Numbered from the stretch's first letter, positions 37,403-48,409 are shown. The stretch: 64,000 nt of DNA from an uncultured virus (IMG/VR IMGVR_UViG_3300030101_002968) (IMGVR_UViG_3300030101_002968:1-64000), one strand, 5' to 3'. Numbers and translations: made by a program. The notes: generated from the sequence alone by a model not told the origin.

Positions 37403-38206
37403 TTAGCTTAGTTGCTTTTCTATATTTTGTAGAATCTCCATACCTTCGTCAGTTTTAAACCAAGCGGCTAAAGCTGAGTAAGGATGCTCATCAAAAGGCA
37501 CGTTCATTAACTTTCTTTTGTTTGATCCCCAAGTAAACACTCTTTGATCTCCAGATAAATTAATAATACCTTGTTCAACTGCTTTTATACCCATATTTCT
37601 AAGATGTACGTTGTCGTCTTTTGCTAATTCTAAAAACAACTTAGGTTGTTCTTTAGCAAATAATAGCAAGTCTCTTTTAAGTTCCTTAGAACTCATCTTA
37701 GACACCTTAGAACCTATCTCTACACGCATAATTGCTTCAGCTATATCTATATCTAAAGATCTTGCCATAACCATTGCGTCTAACTCTAGTTCTAAATCAG
37801 CAACTTCGTCAACAGCTTCTTTTACGTTGTCAACTTCGTAATATAAAACATCTCTGCTAGGGTGATAAATAGATAAAAACTTTTGTAACATTACGTTTTC
37901 TCTTTTAACGTATAAAACGCCATCTCTAAAAACTATATGTGACAACCGTCTGTCATTATTCATTTCATCTACAAAAGGTGTGTTTTGATTTTCGCAGTAT
38001 TGTATTGCTCTTGAATAACCTGCGTCTTCATCAAAATACATCATGTTTTTTGATTTTAAAGTAAATGTTAGTGGTGATAAACCGTTTTTTAAAACATAAG
38101 TTCTATCTTTTAAATCCCACTTTTTTTCTTTTGGTTTTACAACCTTTTCTACATGCTCATCACCAGGATCTCCTTGGTATGAGACTTTTTCTTGTTTTTT
38201 TGCCAT
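37403..38206 (-). CDS. Hypothetical protein downstream of the major capsid gene
   Basis: 267-aa ORF with AT-rich leader. Confidence 0.75.
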   Translation of the reverse strand: MAKKQEKVSYQGDPGDEHVEKVVKPKEKKWDLKDRTYVLKNGLSPLTFTLKSKNMMYFDEDAGYSRAIQYCENQNTPFVDEMNNDRRLSHIVFRDGVLYVKRENVMLQKFLSIYHPSRDVLYYEVDNVKEAVDEVADLELELDAMVMARSLDIDIAEAIMRVEIGSKVSKMSSKELKRDLLLFAKEQPKLFLELAKDDNVHLRNMGIKAVEQGIINLSGDQRVFTWGSNKRKLMNVPFDEHPYSALAAWFKTDEGMEILQNIEKQLS

Positions 38207-38229
38207 AATAATATATAATATAAGTTAAT

Positions 38230-38264
38230 AAAAAGAAAAGGAGAGGAGTTAACCTCCCCTTTTC
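38230..38264 (-). terminator. Intrinsic terminator after the major capsid gene
   Basis: GAAAAGGAGAGG-agttaa-CCTCCCCTTTTC hairpin plus A-run. Confidence 0.8.
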
Positions 38265-38280
38265 AATAATAAAGTTACGA

Positions 38281-39777
38281 TTAACCCTTCAATAACATGA
38301 AGTTGTTAGCCGCTTGAACTACTAAGCATCTTTCAGATAAGTAGTTAACTTGCATTGCATCTAAGTCAGAAGTAATGTTACCACCAACAGATCCAGTGAT
38401 CCAAGTTTTCATCTTTCTGTTTTCGCTTTGTGAAGCTCTGTATCTAACATGTAAGAAAGGTCTCTTCATGTTTCTTCCCATAGTTTCATCGTAAACAGAT
38501 GATACACCAGCAGGAATAAGAGCACCTTCAATCTTATTGTTTTTAGCAGAAGCAGCAATACTACCATACATTTGAGTATCGTTTAAGTATTTCCAGTCAG
38601 TTTTGTAGAAGTCATAAGAACCTCTTCTGAAACCAGAGAAACCTAAATTTAACGCCATGTCAGCAGAATTGTCAAACACACCAAAACCAGCAGAAGCAGC
38701 ATAACCAGCACCGATGTTACCAAGAGTATCATCTAAGTTGATATTTTGCGCTCTGTTTAAGTAAAGCATGTTTTCTTCAATAGCACCTTGACTATCTAAA
38801 GTAGTTAATATGTTGTCTATAGTACCCATGTTGTCAGTAAACATATCTGTTACTGAACTTGCAACAAAAGTATCGTTTAAAACGTGACCTCTGTCTTCAA
38901 TAGCAGCAAACATACCTTCAGTACCAGCAGGAACTGCAGCGTTTGCAGCACTAGCTTTTTCAACAGCTTCAAGCATTGACATTTCTAAGTAATCGTTAAA
39001 ACGAGCTCTAGTGTCACCTTCAGCTTTTAAGTACCATAAGTAACCTGATTGACCTTCTTCGCCAGTAACTTCTACCCAACCAATTTGTGCAGCATCAGAT
39101 CCAGATACTTGAAATCTATCTCTAATGATGATTGGCTTGTTAGTAAAAGACTTAAAAGATGGAGTTAAAGCACCTCTATCTAAAGAAGTTCCTTTCGCAT
39201 GCTCAGAACCATATATTAGTAACGTAAACGTTGTGTTATCGTTACAAGTAATGTTTCCAGTAGCAGTTGAAGCTAAACCTGCTTGAGTATAAGGCTTAAC
39301 AGTACAAGCTTTCTTGTCGTTTGTTCCAGAACCATCTGAATCTACATCAACAGCAGTTACAATACACTTGATTTGATCACCTGCAACAGCTTGTGTTGCA
39401 CCTGAACCACCTGAAACAGTTGCTACAGTAAGTATTACAGTGTCAAATTTTCTAACTAAGTTTGCTTCAGCAGCATCGTCAAAAATAAGCATATCTTCAG
39501 ATGCATCACATGTTACATCTGGAATTGATATATGTAGTCTACCTTGTTCTGACCAGACTACTTGATCAGAAGCCATTGCTTCTTCAGCTCCGACTTTTGC
39601 TAAAAATCCTGATAACATTCTGTTACCATATCTTTCTACCTCAGCTTCGTAAAGCTCTGGTAAATATTGTTGCGCCCAGCCCGTGCTAAAATCTAGATAT
39701 GAACTAGATAATGTTTGTTGAACTGGAGCTGGAACCGGTGATATACTCGGTCCCGCGCTAGGAGTTACGCTTGCCAT
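38281..39777 (-). CDS. Major capsid protein
   Basis: Follows portal and scaffold, has its own terminator, uses C-ending codons as expected of a highly expressed gene; QQYLPELYE...WSEQGRLH...YLSERCL. Confidence 0.85.
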   Translation of the reverse strand: MASVTPSAGPSISPVPAPVQQTLSSSYLDFSTGWAQQYLPELYEAEVERYGNRMLSGFLAKVGAEEAMASDQVVWSEQGRLHISIPDVTCDASEDMLIFDDAAEANLVRKFDTVILTVATVSGGSGATQAVAGDQIKCIVTAVDVDSDGSGTNDKKACTVKPYTQAGLASTATGNITCNDNTTFTLLIYGSEHAKGTSLDRGALTPSFKSFTNKPIIIRDRFQVSGSDAAQIGWVEVTGEEGQSGYLWYLKAEGDTRARFNDYLEMSMLEAVEKASAANAAVPAGTEGMFAAIEDRGHVLNDTFVASSVTDMFTDNMGTIDNILTTLDSQGAIEENMLYLNRAQNINLDDTLGNIGAGYAASAGFGVFDNSADMALNLGFSGFRRGSYDFYKTDWKYLNDTQMYGSIAASAKNNKIEGALIPAGVSSVYDETMGRNMKRPFLHVRYRASQSENRKMKTWITGSVGGNITSDLDAMQVNYLSERCLVVQAANNFMLLKG

Positions 39778-39803
39778 AATTTCTAATTTTTTTAATTAAT
39801 AAT

Positions 39804-40994
39804 TTACTTTTTTAGTTTTAATTTAAAACTCGAAGAATTATCACCTAACACTTTGTATTTAAAGCCAGTTTTTTCGTCTCCATAAGACTGTCTTGGACTC
39901 ATGTCTACGTTTTTTGCTTTACTAACACTTTCTTTTATAGCATCAGCTTTGCCTTGCTCGTAAAAATGTTGTGCAATAGCATCTGAGTTCATAGCAGTAA
40001 AAAGAGATTTATGATAACCTTTAGCATCTGACATTTCATTTTTTTCATTCAAGAACTTCTTGACAAAATTATTAATGTCGCTTTGTGTTTGTTTAACCTC
40101 GCTAGCATTGTTAACATTAAACCTATAAGTTTTATCACCAACGTTATATTCAAATCCTTTGAAATCGTTGTTAAATAAACCTTCGGTTTTTTTGTCAAAA
40201 ATACTTTTTTGTTGCAATTGAACTTTTTTGTTTTGCTCCGAGTTTTTGTTGTATTCGTTATAGAAATTAATAGCTTCCTTTTGGTCGGAAGTCAACTTAC
40301 TCCCAGCCTTAATTTCTTCGTAATACGAGGACTTTAGCCCGTCCATGTGGCGTCTAGCGTCAGCAACTTGCTCTTTAAACGCTAATTTTTTTCTTTTTAT
40401 TTCTCTATCAGTAGCCTCTTCTTCATCATAAGAAAATCTATCTTCAATAAGAAAATCTATTTCTTCATTATTTAAATGACCTTTAGTTTGTTTATAATAT
40501 TCTTTTAAAACTAAATTGTCATCTAATTTACTGTAATCTTGATTTAACTTTACATAATCTGTTAAATCACCACCTGTTTTATCCATAAAGTCGATTAACT
40601 TTTGTATATTTTCAGGTAAAGGTTTACCAGTTTCTTTAGCCTCAGCTATAGCGTCTTTAGTTTCTTCAACTAATTCTTCTACTTTTTCTTCTACTTTTTG
40701 CTCAGTTATCTCTTCTAATACTGGGGCTTCTTGTGCTTCGGCTTCCGGTTGTACTTCTTTTTGTTCTTGTGCGGTCCCGGTGTCCTCGGGTTTAACATCC
40801 TCAAGGACTCTTGTTTCGTCAGCACTATCGTTTGTAGTTTCATTTTCTTTAACTTGCTCTACTGGTTCTTCTTTTTTTGATAAATCTAATTTTATAGGAC
40901 CATCGTCCTTAACTATTTTTGGCATTTTAATTTTAAGTTTGCCTTCTTCTTTAGGTTGTGTAGTTTCTTCAACTACTTCTTTGTTTTCTTCCAT
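39804..40994 (-). CDS. Capsid scaffolding protein
   Basis: Very acidic disordered N-terminus and helical core; between portal and capsid genes. Confidence 0.7.
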   Translation of the reverse strand: MEENKEVVEETTQPKEEGKLKIKMPKIVKDDGPIKLDLSKKEEPVEQVKENETTNDSADETRVLEDVKPEDTGTAQEQKEVQPEAEAQEAPVLEEITEQKVEEKVEELVEETKDAIAEAKETGKPLPENIQKLIDFMDKTGGDLTDYVKLNQDYSKLDDNLVLKEYYKQTKGHLNNEEIDFLIEDRFSYDEEEATDREIKRKKLAFKEQVADARRHMDGLKSSYYEEIKAGSKLTSDQKEAINFYNEYNKNSEQNKKVQLQQKSIFDKKTEGLFNNDFKGFEYNVGDKTYRFNVNNASEVKQTQSDINNFVKKFLNEKNEMSDAKGYHKSLFTAMNSDAIAQHFYEQGKADAIKESVSKAKNVDMSPRQSYGDEKTGFKYKVLGDNSSSFKLKLKK

Positions 40995-41019
40995 AATAAA
41001 ATATAATAATTAATAATTT

Positions 41020-43446
41020 TTATACGCTAGGTTCAAATTGACCTATGTCAAATCCACCTCCCATACCGTCATTTGCAGATTCAAAATCTACAGGTTGACC
41101 ATCACCTGTTCTTTGGTTTATAAGTTTGCTTTGTTGAGATGCTTGCATTTTAGTTCTATTATCTTTTCTGTCTTCACGAGCAGACTCTCTGTCAGACAAA
41201 CTTTTAGTTTCTTTTTCTTTTAGTTGCATATTGTAAAAATGCTCTAACTGCATTAACTGTTTTTTCAAATCAGCTTCGCTCATCATTTCTTGTTTTTTAA
41301 ACTCTGATCTTTGAGCTTCTAACTGCATTTCTGTTTGAGCTAGCATTTGTTGTTTTTGAACTTCAGCTTGTGCTGCTGCGGCTGCAGACTGTTGATTTAA
41401 CTGTGCTTGCTGCTGCATGTTTTGTTGTGCTATTCTTTGATCTAGCTCTTGTTTTTTCTTTCTACGTACTTTTAACAACTGGTTGGCTAGTTTTAAATTT
41501 CTAACCTCTCTAACGTCAATAGCATCTTCTAAATTTATACTTTGTTGTTGCAATGCCATTTGTATATTGTTTTCTAACAATTGTTTTTCTTCTTCATCTG
41601 GTTGTAGTTCTATAAATATACCAAAGTCGTGTAAATGTAAGTCTTTTAGTTCTTGTAAAACACCAACATTAAACGCGCCTATTTTTTGTACAAAAGCTTC
41701 TTTTGTTGGCGAATACTCTAAAACGTCTGATATTCTTAACGATAAACACTCTGCTATTTCAGCTGTTAAAAACAAGCCCGCATCTAATATGTGTCTTGTA
41801 GCTGTATTACTATTAGCAGCTGCAATTTTTTGTATACCAACCAACGCGTTTTTATCAGGCATACTACCATCTCTAGCCTCATTAAGACCAGTAGCATCTC
41901 TAATCATTTGCATGTAATAGTTATACGTTTGTATTAAGCTTTGCATTTTAGCACCACCATTACCACTTGCTATTTCTTGTATAGGTACTCTACCTGGATT
42001 CATATCACCATCAGCGGTCATTGATCTACCAATAACACTACCTGTTTGAAAGAACATGTTTAAAGCTTCTTGTGGATTATAGTTTGTACCATTACCTAAA
42101 TCTATTTCTGCAAGTCCATCAGCATCTAAGTATATACCATCAGGTATTATACGTGACATTACTTGCTGTAGCTTTAAATGCGTTAACTGTATCATATCAG
42201 CAAAACCAGTTGTTCTACTAACTAAACTTTCTATTTTACCATTGTACATACGAGGAGCAACAATAGCGTAATTCATTTTTACTTTAGTATAATCACTTTT
42301 TGGACGCATCATGTTTTTAGCTAGTCCCCAGTGTAATAGTTTGTTAGTGCCAAGTATTACAGCGCCTTCATACAAAACTTCTACAGCTTTTTCTAGTTTT
42401 GTAAAGTCTCCTTGTAGTTCAGCTGGTGGATTAAACTGATCTGTTTTTAATATAGCTTTAACACCACCAGTTCTAGTGTTTTTCATTTTATAAACCTCGT
42501 TGTTATAAGTTTTGTAATTAAAATATAACACTTGAATTTTATTGCTATCGTACTTTCCTTGACTAACATATCTTTGATTATATGCTAACTCGTTATAAGG
42601 TTTTGTTTTTTGTATTTCTTCAAGCTCAGCCGCTGTTAAATCAGGAAACTGTTTTATTAATTCGTTTACAGGTATTGTTTTTACTTCACCTATATAATAT
42701 ATATCTTCAAAATACGGAGACTCTGTATAAGAATAAACTATTTTTGCAGGATCAACGTAATCTACCGTAATACCGGTTGATTTAGAGTAATTAGTTTTTA
42801 CAGCTCCAATACCTAAAACTGTTAAATCATATAAATATCTTTTTCTAACTAAATCATAGTTGTTACCATCAAGCATACAGTTAATAGCTTCTTCTTCTGC
42901 TATTTCAATACCTTGCTTATAGCTTAACTGCATATGTAAAGACAGCTCTTCTTCATTAGCAGGCAAATCTTCTGTTTCAAACTCACTTGTTCTTACATCA
43001 ATACCTTCTTGAGCTGCCATTTGTGTAAAAGGTATGCTTTTCATATCTTCAAGCACATCTTCCATGTATTTAGTTCTTTTTTCAACACCAAAAGGATCTT
43101 GAGAATAAGCTCTTATGTCGTAAACTCTTTGTGACATGCCATTAACTACTATATCAACAAACTTAGGTATAATAGGTACTGGCTTCCAGTCTAAATTTAA
43201 ATAAGATAAATCACCGTTTATAGACAACTCATCTTTATATTTTTGTATTGATTGTTCGCCTCTAGCGTACGATCTTAATTTGTGAAAATTATCTTTACCT
43301 CTTTGATACTTACTATTTAAACCACCGTCTTCAAACCACTCAGATTCAATAGCTTTAGCAACTTTTAAACCGTACTCGGCAGAGTTTTTATACTCGTCGC
43401 TTACGTTTTGTTTAGGAAAATAATCTTGTGAAACAGCTTCTGCCAT
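41020..43446 (-). CDS. Portal protein
   Basis: 808 aa after the terminase; PIIPKFVDIVVNG; Gln-rich C-terminal coiled coil. Confidence 0.85.
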   Translation of the reverse strand: MAEAVSQDYFPKQNVSDEYKNSAEYGLKVAKAIESEWFEDGGLNSKYQRGKDNFHKLRSYARGEQSIQKYKDELSINGDLSYLNLDWKPVPIIPKFVDIVVNGMSQRVYDIRAYSQDPFGVEKRTKYMEDVLEDMKSIPFTQMAAQEGIDVRTSEFETEDLPANEEELSLHMQLSYKQGIEIAEEEAINCMLDGNNYDLVRKRYLYDLTVLGIGAVKTNYSKSTGITVDYVDPAKIVYSYTESPYFEDIYYIGEVKTIPVNELIKQFPDLTAAELEEIQKTKPYNELAYNQRYVSQGKYDSNKIQVLYFNYKTYNNEVYKMKNTRTGGVKAILKTDQFNPPAELQGDFTKLEKAVEVLYEGAVILGTNKLLHWGLAKNMMRPKSDYTKVKMNYAIVAPRMYNGKIESLVSRTTGFADMIQLTHLKLQQVMSRIIPDGIYLDADGLAEIDLGNGTNYNPQEALNMFFQTGSVIGRSMTADGDMNPGRVPIQEIASGNGGAKMQSLIQTYNYYMQMIRDATGLNEARDGSMPDKNALVGIQKIAAANSNTATRHILDAGLFLTAEIAECLSLRISDVLEYSPTKEAFVQKIGAFNVGVLQELKDLHLHDFGIFIELQPDEEEKQLLENNIQMALQQQSINLEDAIDVREVRNLKLANQLLKVRRKKKQELDQRIAQQNMQQQAQLNQQSAAAAAQAEVQKQQMLAQTEMQLEAQRSEFKKQEMMSEADLKKQLMQLEHFYNMQLKEKETKSLSDRESAREDRKDNRTKMQASQQSKLINQRTGDGQPVDFESANDGMGGGFDIGQFEPSV

Positions 43447-43447
43447 A

Positions 43448-45664
43448 TTAGTTTTCTATTATTTTAGAAGTATAACCATCATTTTTATATCTAGCTATAC
43501 TTATATTTAATTTTTGTCTTTGTACTGTTGCATTAGGCTTGTATAAATGTCTATTGCAAGCCATAATTGCTAAACCGCTACTTATAGCAGCGTCAAATTT
43601 TGTACGTTTGTTTATATCAAACCTAGCCCAGTCATTTAAAGTGTCATTAAAATACATATTACCTACGCTACCATCTGGTTTTGTTCCTACGTTGTTTTGT
43701 ATATACATTTCAATAGCAGCTGCATGCGCTTGTTTAATGTCTTCACTTGAGTTTGGTATACCACCTATTTCTTTTTCTGCAACAGAAAGTTTATTCCAAA
43801 CTTTATCAGGTCTATTCATACTATAACCTCTATATCCTCTACGCCTTAAATAGTATAGTAATCTTGGTTTGTTGTTTTCTGCAAGTAGTGGCATACCGTA
43901 AAATACTAGCGCCATTAATACATCTTCAAAAAACATATCTGCAGTTTGTGGTCTTGCTACATATTCTAAAAAAAACTGACTTGGCGGTGCGTCTTCCATG
44001 CTAAACTTAGTTAAGCCATGTAAAGCACCTTTTGATCCTCTACCGTCTACCGTGCCACTAATGTCGTAGCTATCACAACCAAAAGCACCCATATGATCGT
44101 TGCCAGGATATTTCGTGCCATTTTTTATTATTATATTGTTTTGTAAATTACTGGGTGGTGTCCAGCTAATTTTAAATCTACCTTTTAAATCTGGATAAAA
44201 TATAACGCTTGTGTCTTGAACGCCATTTAACCATTGAAAGTTACCTGTTGAAACGCCTAGTGTTCTTGACATTTCTTCATTGTAATCTATTTGTTCGTAT
44301 ATTTTTACTAAGTTAAATATACTGTTTTGTGCCTCATCTCTAAATGCATGTTCAGTAGTTCTTGGAAACTGGCGGTAAAACTCATTTAATGCATCGCTAT
44401 CTCCTTTTAAACCATCGGCTTCGTTTTGCCAGTGATCTACAATACCTACGTCTATTAATTCCCCGTCGGGTCCGACAACATCTGCGTCAGGACTATTAAA
44501 TACTGGATGTCCGTGCTCATCAATAAATCCTTCGTAGTTCCATTCCATTGGGATAAACAAAGAGTAAAGGCCAGACTTCGTTTGACCATTTCTATTTCTT
44601 TGTGTGACATCTGATGCGTTGTATAGTTTTTTAAAATTGTCTCCACCTTTATCTAATGCGTTTGATGTTGAGCCCATCATACATTTACCAACTATTCTAC
44701 TACCTAATCGCAAACATGTTTTTGTAACTCTCCAGTTATTTAATATATTATCAGGTCTTTCCCACTTACCACTTTCATCATGCACTAACAGATTAAGCTT
44801 TTCTCCGTCATAACTATTGTCACCTGTATTTTTCCAATCAATAGTAGTATCAAGTCCAACCAAGTCTTCCTGCTGTTCGTTTGTAGTAATTTTTTTACGC
44901 GTAAACTTACTTGCAGGAACCCTATAAGCAAGTTCAGACTTAGGCCTGTCCATACCATCTTGAATCGGTTTAAAGAAAAACGGATAATTGATTGATATTG
45001 GAACAACTTTATCTGTAAACATTTTTTTAGCATCTGCACCTGTTTTAGAGAGTATACCAAATCTACTATCACTTGCTAATGTAGCTTGGTTAACTGTTTC
45101 TGCTGAAGACATGAAAGAAAATCCAGACCTACGATTTTTAAGGTAGCACATCCCGTAACATCTTTTGTCGGCTTTACAAGCTTCCCAGAATATATAAAAT
45201 AGTCGATTTGCTTCTCTAAAATCAGGCGCACCTACATCTATTTTACTCCACTGCAAGTACATATAATGTGTACCTGTTATATATGTTGGCGTGCCTTTGT
45301 TGTTAAACCAAAAACCTTGCTCTCTACGCTTGAACTCTTCATCTATATAGTCATACCACTGTTCTTTAGCTTCGTCAGGATAAGCTCTCCAGTCAAATAT
45401 ATTTTTTAATTTACTTAACTGTTTTGGCTGCTCAAATCTAATCCACTTTTTTTCTTTGTTGCTATACACATTGCTAGCTTTTGGCAAAGCTATTTTAAGG
45501 TTTTGTATTTCGTATATATCACCTATTTGACCTGTTCTACTTATAACAATAACATCATGTTCTTTGTTATAGCCATACTTCCACTTTTTACTTTTATTTA
45601 ATCTAGTTATAGTGGTTTTTTTTATAGGCTCTATTACATTTAAAAGCTTTTGTTCGTAACTCAT
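43448..45664 (-). CDS. Terminase large subunit
   Basis: LKNRRSGFS (Walker A variant), LVHDESGK (Walker B), GSTS, nuclease FGCDSY, ENN and FDAAIS. Confidence 0.92.
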   Translation of the reverse strand: MSYEQKLLNVIEPIKKTTITRLNKSKKWKYGYNKEHDVIVISRTGQIGDIYEIQNLKIALPKASNVYSNKEKKWIRFEQPKQLSKLKNIFDWRAYPDEAKEQWYDYIDEEFKRREQGFWFNNKGTPTYITGTHYMYLQWSKIDVGAPDFREANRLFYIFWEACKADKRCYGMCYLKNRRSGFSFMSSAETVNQATLASDSRFGILSKTGADAKKMFTDKVVPISINYPFFFKPIQDGMDRPKSELAYRVPASKFTRKKITTNEQQEDLVGLDTTIDWKNTGDNSYDGEKLNLLVHDESGKWERPDNILNNWRVTKTCLRLGSRIVGKCMMGSTSNALDKGGDNFKKLYNASDVTQRNRNGQTKSGLYSLFIPMEWNYEGFIDEHGHPVFNSPDADVVGPDGELIDVGIVDHWQNEADGLKGDSDALNEFYRQFPRTTEHAFRDEAQNSIFNLVKIYEQIDYNEEMSRTLGVSTGNFQWLNGVQDTSVIFYPDLKGRFKISWTPPSNLQNNIIIKNGTKYPGNDHMGAFGCDSYDISGTVDGRGSKGALHGLTKFSMEDAPPSQFFLEYVARPQTADMFFEDVLMALVFYGMPLLAENNKPRLLYYLRRRGYRGYSMNRPDKVWNKLSVAEKEIGGIPNSSEDIKQAHAAAIEMYIQNNVGTKPDGSVGNMYFNDTLNDWARFDINKRTKFDAAISSGLAIMACNRHLYKPNATVQRQKLNISIARYKNDGYTSKIIEN

Positions 45665-45936
45665 TTTGACCTACCTTCAGCAAAGCCTTTAAACACTTTG
45701 CTTTCTTTTTTAACCTCTTTACCTTCAAGTATATTTTCTTCTTCTTGTATTCTATTTAATATTTCAAAAGCATCGAATATAGCTAACTTTTTTGTAGCAG
45801 CCGCGTTTTTAAGCCTATCAGCACTAACGTCATCTTCTGTGTTAGTTATTATTTTTTCTTTAGCAACGTTGATTAACTCTTCAACTGCCCTGTGCCCAGC
45901 TTGGATTATAAGCTTCTTCGTTTCCTTGATATTCAT
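45661..45936 (-). CDS. Putative terminase small subunit
   Basis: Start re-assigned to MNIKETKK (ATG 45936); helical; directly upstream of the large subunit. Confidence 0.55.
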   Translation of the reverse strand: MNIKETKKLIIQAGHRAVEELINVAKEKIITNTEDDVSADRLKNAAATKKLAIFDAFEILNRIQEEENILEGKEVKKESKVFKGFAEGRSK

Positions 45937-46471
45937 ATTTAATTGTAATATTATTAGATTTAACTCGATACAACCTTGTGCCATCAATAACAAACTCATA
46001 TTTAGAGTTAGGTGTAAAGCCAATTAAAGAACCTTTTTCAACAACACCATCGGTGTGCACAACAATACCTTTAAAAGGTTCTTCTTTGTCTTCAGAAAAA
46101 ATATTTGTGTTTTTAATAGGTTGTACAAAACAATAACCTTCTATACAAAACCACTCATTATTTCTTTTGTATGCAAAAACTTGATCGTAAGATATTATAA
46201 AATCGTTACGGTTTAAAAAAGCTCTACCGTTACGCTCTATACCTTTCATATCATGGTATCTTCTAAAAACATTATGATGAACAACTATTTCATCTCCTAT
46301 TTTTACTGGCGTGTATATCGCCAGTGGCACCTGTTTAACAATAGCGTTTCTATTTACGTATTTGTGGTTAAATATTTCTGTGTTTAAAACTAACTCAGAA
46401 TCACCAACTTTTTTTGTATTGTTATATCTTTGGCCTACTGGTGATATAATGTAGTCATATAAGCATTTCAT
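45881..46471 (-). CDS. GroES-like protein (two GroES-like repeats)
   Basis: AIVKQVP...VKIGDEIVVHHN, then FVQP...GIVVH...VEKGSLIGF...YEFVIDGTRLYRV. Confidence 0.6.
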   Translation of the reverse strand: MKCLYDYIISPVGQRYNNTKKVGDSELVLNTEIFNHKYVNRNAIVKQVPLAIYTPVKIGDEIVVHHNVFRRYHDMKGIERNGRAFLNRNDFIISYDQVFAYKRNNEWFCIEGYCFVQPIKNTNIFSEDKEEPFKGIVVHTDGVVEKGSLIGFTPNSKYEFVIDGTRLYRVKSNNITIKYEYQGNEEAYNPSWAQGS

Positions 46472-46692
46472 TAGTATTGTAAATCGTACTCTATAGCTAC
46501 AGCCATATTTTTGTTAAAATCTTTCCAAGGTAAAACATCTTTGTTTTTTTTAATATAAACAGAATATTTATCCTCTTCTTCTATAATATGACATATAGTA
46601 TGACCGCCATAAACTTCTTGATCAACAGCATAATGCATTGCATCATTTTTGTAATTAGACCCTATACTTATTTTACGAATTACTTTTGCCAT
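46471..46692 (-). CDS. Hypothetical protein
   Basis: 73-aa coupled ORF (IRKISIG...). Confidence 0.75.
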   Translation of the reverse strand: MAKVIRKISIGSNYKNDAMHYAVDQEVYGGHTICHIIEEEDKYSVYIKKNKDVLPWKDFNKNMAVAIEYDLQY

Positions 46693-46948
46693 CTTTAATT
46701 TCAGTAATTACTCCAGTTCGTATATCAACGTCTACTTTACCATATTTTTCTTGCAGCTCAGAACTAATTGCTTGCATTTTTTGCTGTAACTCTACATAGT
46801 TATGCAATAACATATGTTTTTTTATTTCAACTTCAGCTATTTGCAACTTAGCAATATTCATTTGATCTGCGTGTCCTTGTAAACCGTCTAACTCTTCTTT
46901 TGTTAATTTTTTAGCCAAGTCTACTTTAGGTGTTTTTCTTTTTGCCAT
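46673..46948 (-). CDS. Small coiled-coil protein
   Basis: Heptad pattern and LQEKYGKVDVDIRTG tail. Confidence 0.7.
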   Translation of the reverse strand: MAKRKTPKVDLAKKLTKEELDGLQGHADQMNIAKLQIAEVEIKKHMLLHNYVELQQKMQAISSELQEKYGKVDVDIRTGVITEIKDGKSNS

Positions 46949-47022
46949 AATTTTATTTAATTTAAGTTAATTTATTGTTATTTATCTACTTATAATATTA
47001 CATGAAATAGTGATTAATTACA

Positions 47023-47283
47023 CTAATCATCTAGTTCTGATATATATGTGTTTTCTTCTAGCTCTTCAACTTCAATACCCGTACCATCACCTACCCAACT
47101 GCTATGATTTGTAAACGTGTAGTTTGAGCAAGTTTCTATATTGTTAAACTTACGTACACGGTCGTTGACAGTGTCTGTTGTAGCTATTATTCTTTGTGCA
47201 CGATCTATGCTTTTACGCATAAACGTTATATTTTCTTTATTAAGTGTGTCAAATACCTCTGCTGTTACTATATAATAATTCAT
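47023..47283 (-). CDS. Hypothetical protein
   Basis: 86-aa ORF directly after the LamG gene. Confidence 0.7.
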   Translation of the reverse strand: MNYYIVTAEVFDTLNKENITFMRKSIDRAQRIIATTDTVNDRVRKFNNIETCSNYTFTNHSSWVGDGTGIEVEELEENTYISELDD

Positions 47284-47284
47284 T

Positions 47285-48409
47285 TTATTTATTTACTATT
47301 GATGAACCTCCAGATATTGTAAAGTCATCGTTTGATACTGTAGCATCACCATTACCTTCCCATTTCCAATAACCAATTAAATTAGAACTAGCACTATGCG
47401 TCTGTGCGTTTAATACTGTACCACTATTATATAGCTCAGTAACTTCGCTATCGCTAAGTTTTTTATTCCAGATAGTTAAATCATTATATACTGTAGCTGA
47501 ACCATCACCACACTTTTGCTGTAAAGTTGAAGCGTTTGAGTGTTCACCATTACTACCTAAACTCCACAACCTATCATTAGTAGTGCTTATTGGATTACCA
47601 GCTCTAGCACTAGAGTTGTTATTTGTTTGTATTGGAGCTGTCCCAATACCAGTTGCGTTCCAATATAATCTTAACGAAGCAGCTGTATTAGTACCATCAT
47701 TAGTTACAGTTATCATTGTATAATTATCACTATTAACATTACCTCTATTACTAGCACTCCAAAACGTAGTACCTAAACCAGCCGCGTTGTAACCAGCTAC
47801 ATATTGTGATGCTTGAGAGTGAAACAACCAACCACCTTGATTGTACCATTGACCACTACCAGCAACGTTACCATACCTAACTTCTATTCTATTAGTGTTT
47901 TCAGCATATATAATTTTAACCATATCTTCAATTTGCTTAGCCGCACCTGATTTTTGACCAATAATAAAATGTATATTAGTATTTAGGTTGGCTGTCCAAC
48001 CAGCTTTTACCCAAAAAGATATTGACCACGTTGAAGCACCTGTAATATTAAATGTATCGTCAGTGTCAGTAAATTTAATTGCATTGGCAGTACCTACGGA
48101 TGTTGTTTTAGACACTGCTTTAGCGTTTGCAAATGCTGGAGCTGCATCATCGTCATAACCACCAAAAATGCTAAGATCTAGCTGACTTTCTCCGTCGTAA
48201 ACACCGCTTGAAAACCCCGCGTGATTTCCAAATTTAGTAGCGAAGTTAGGTGAGTTGGAGTTTAGTGTTTTAGTTTGTAAATAAGCTGACATGTCTACCA
48301 TGTCTGTATCTTCTTCAGTCATGTCACCAGCAGCAATGTAAGCATCGTCTTTTATTTCTTTATATATACCATACTTATTTATTTCACTAGTATCAGGAGG
48401 AATTGCCAT
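47285..48409 (-). CDS. LamG/concanavalin A-like domain protein (tail-associated)
   Basis: WSISFWVK...DLTIWNKKLSDSEVTELYN...LIGYWKWE. Confidence 0.85.
   Translation of the reverse strand: MAIPPDTSEINKYGIYKEIKDDAYIAAGDMTEEDTDMVDMSAYLQTKTLNSNSPNFATKFGNHAGFSSGVYDGESQLDLSIFGGYDDDAAPAFANAKAVSKTTSVGTANAIKFTDTDDTFNITGASTWSISFWVKAGWTANLNTNIHFIIGQKSGAAKQIEDMVKIIYAENTNRIEVRYGNVAGSGQWYNQGGWLFHSQASQYVAGYNAAGLGTTFWSASNRGNVNSDNYTMITVTNDGTNTAASLRLYWNATGIGTAPIQTNNNSSARAGNPISTTNDRLWSLGSNGEHSNASTLQQKCGDGSATVYNDLTIWNKKLSDSEVTELYNSGTVLNAQTHSASSNLIGYWKWEGNGDATVSNDDFTISGGSSIVNK

Noticed and set aside
45661..46023. ORF-track start at 46023
   Set aside because: The extension lies deep within the GroES-like gene and looks non-coding; ATG 45936 is preferred.
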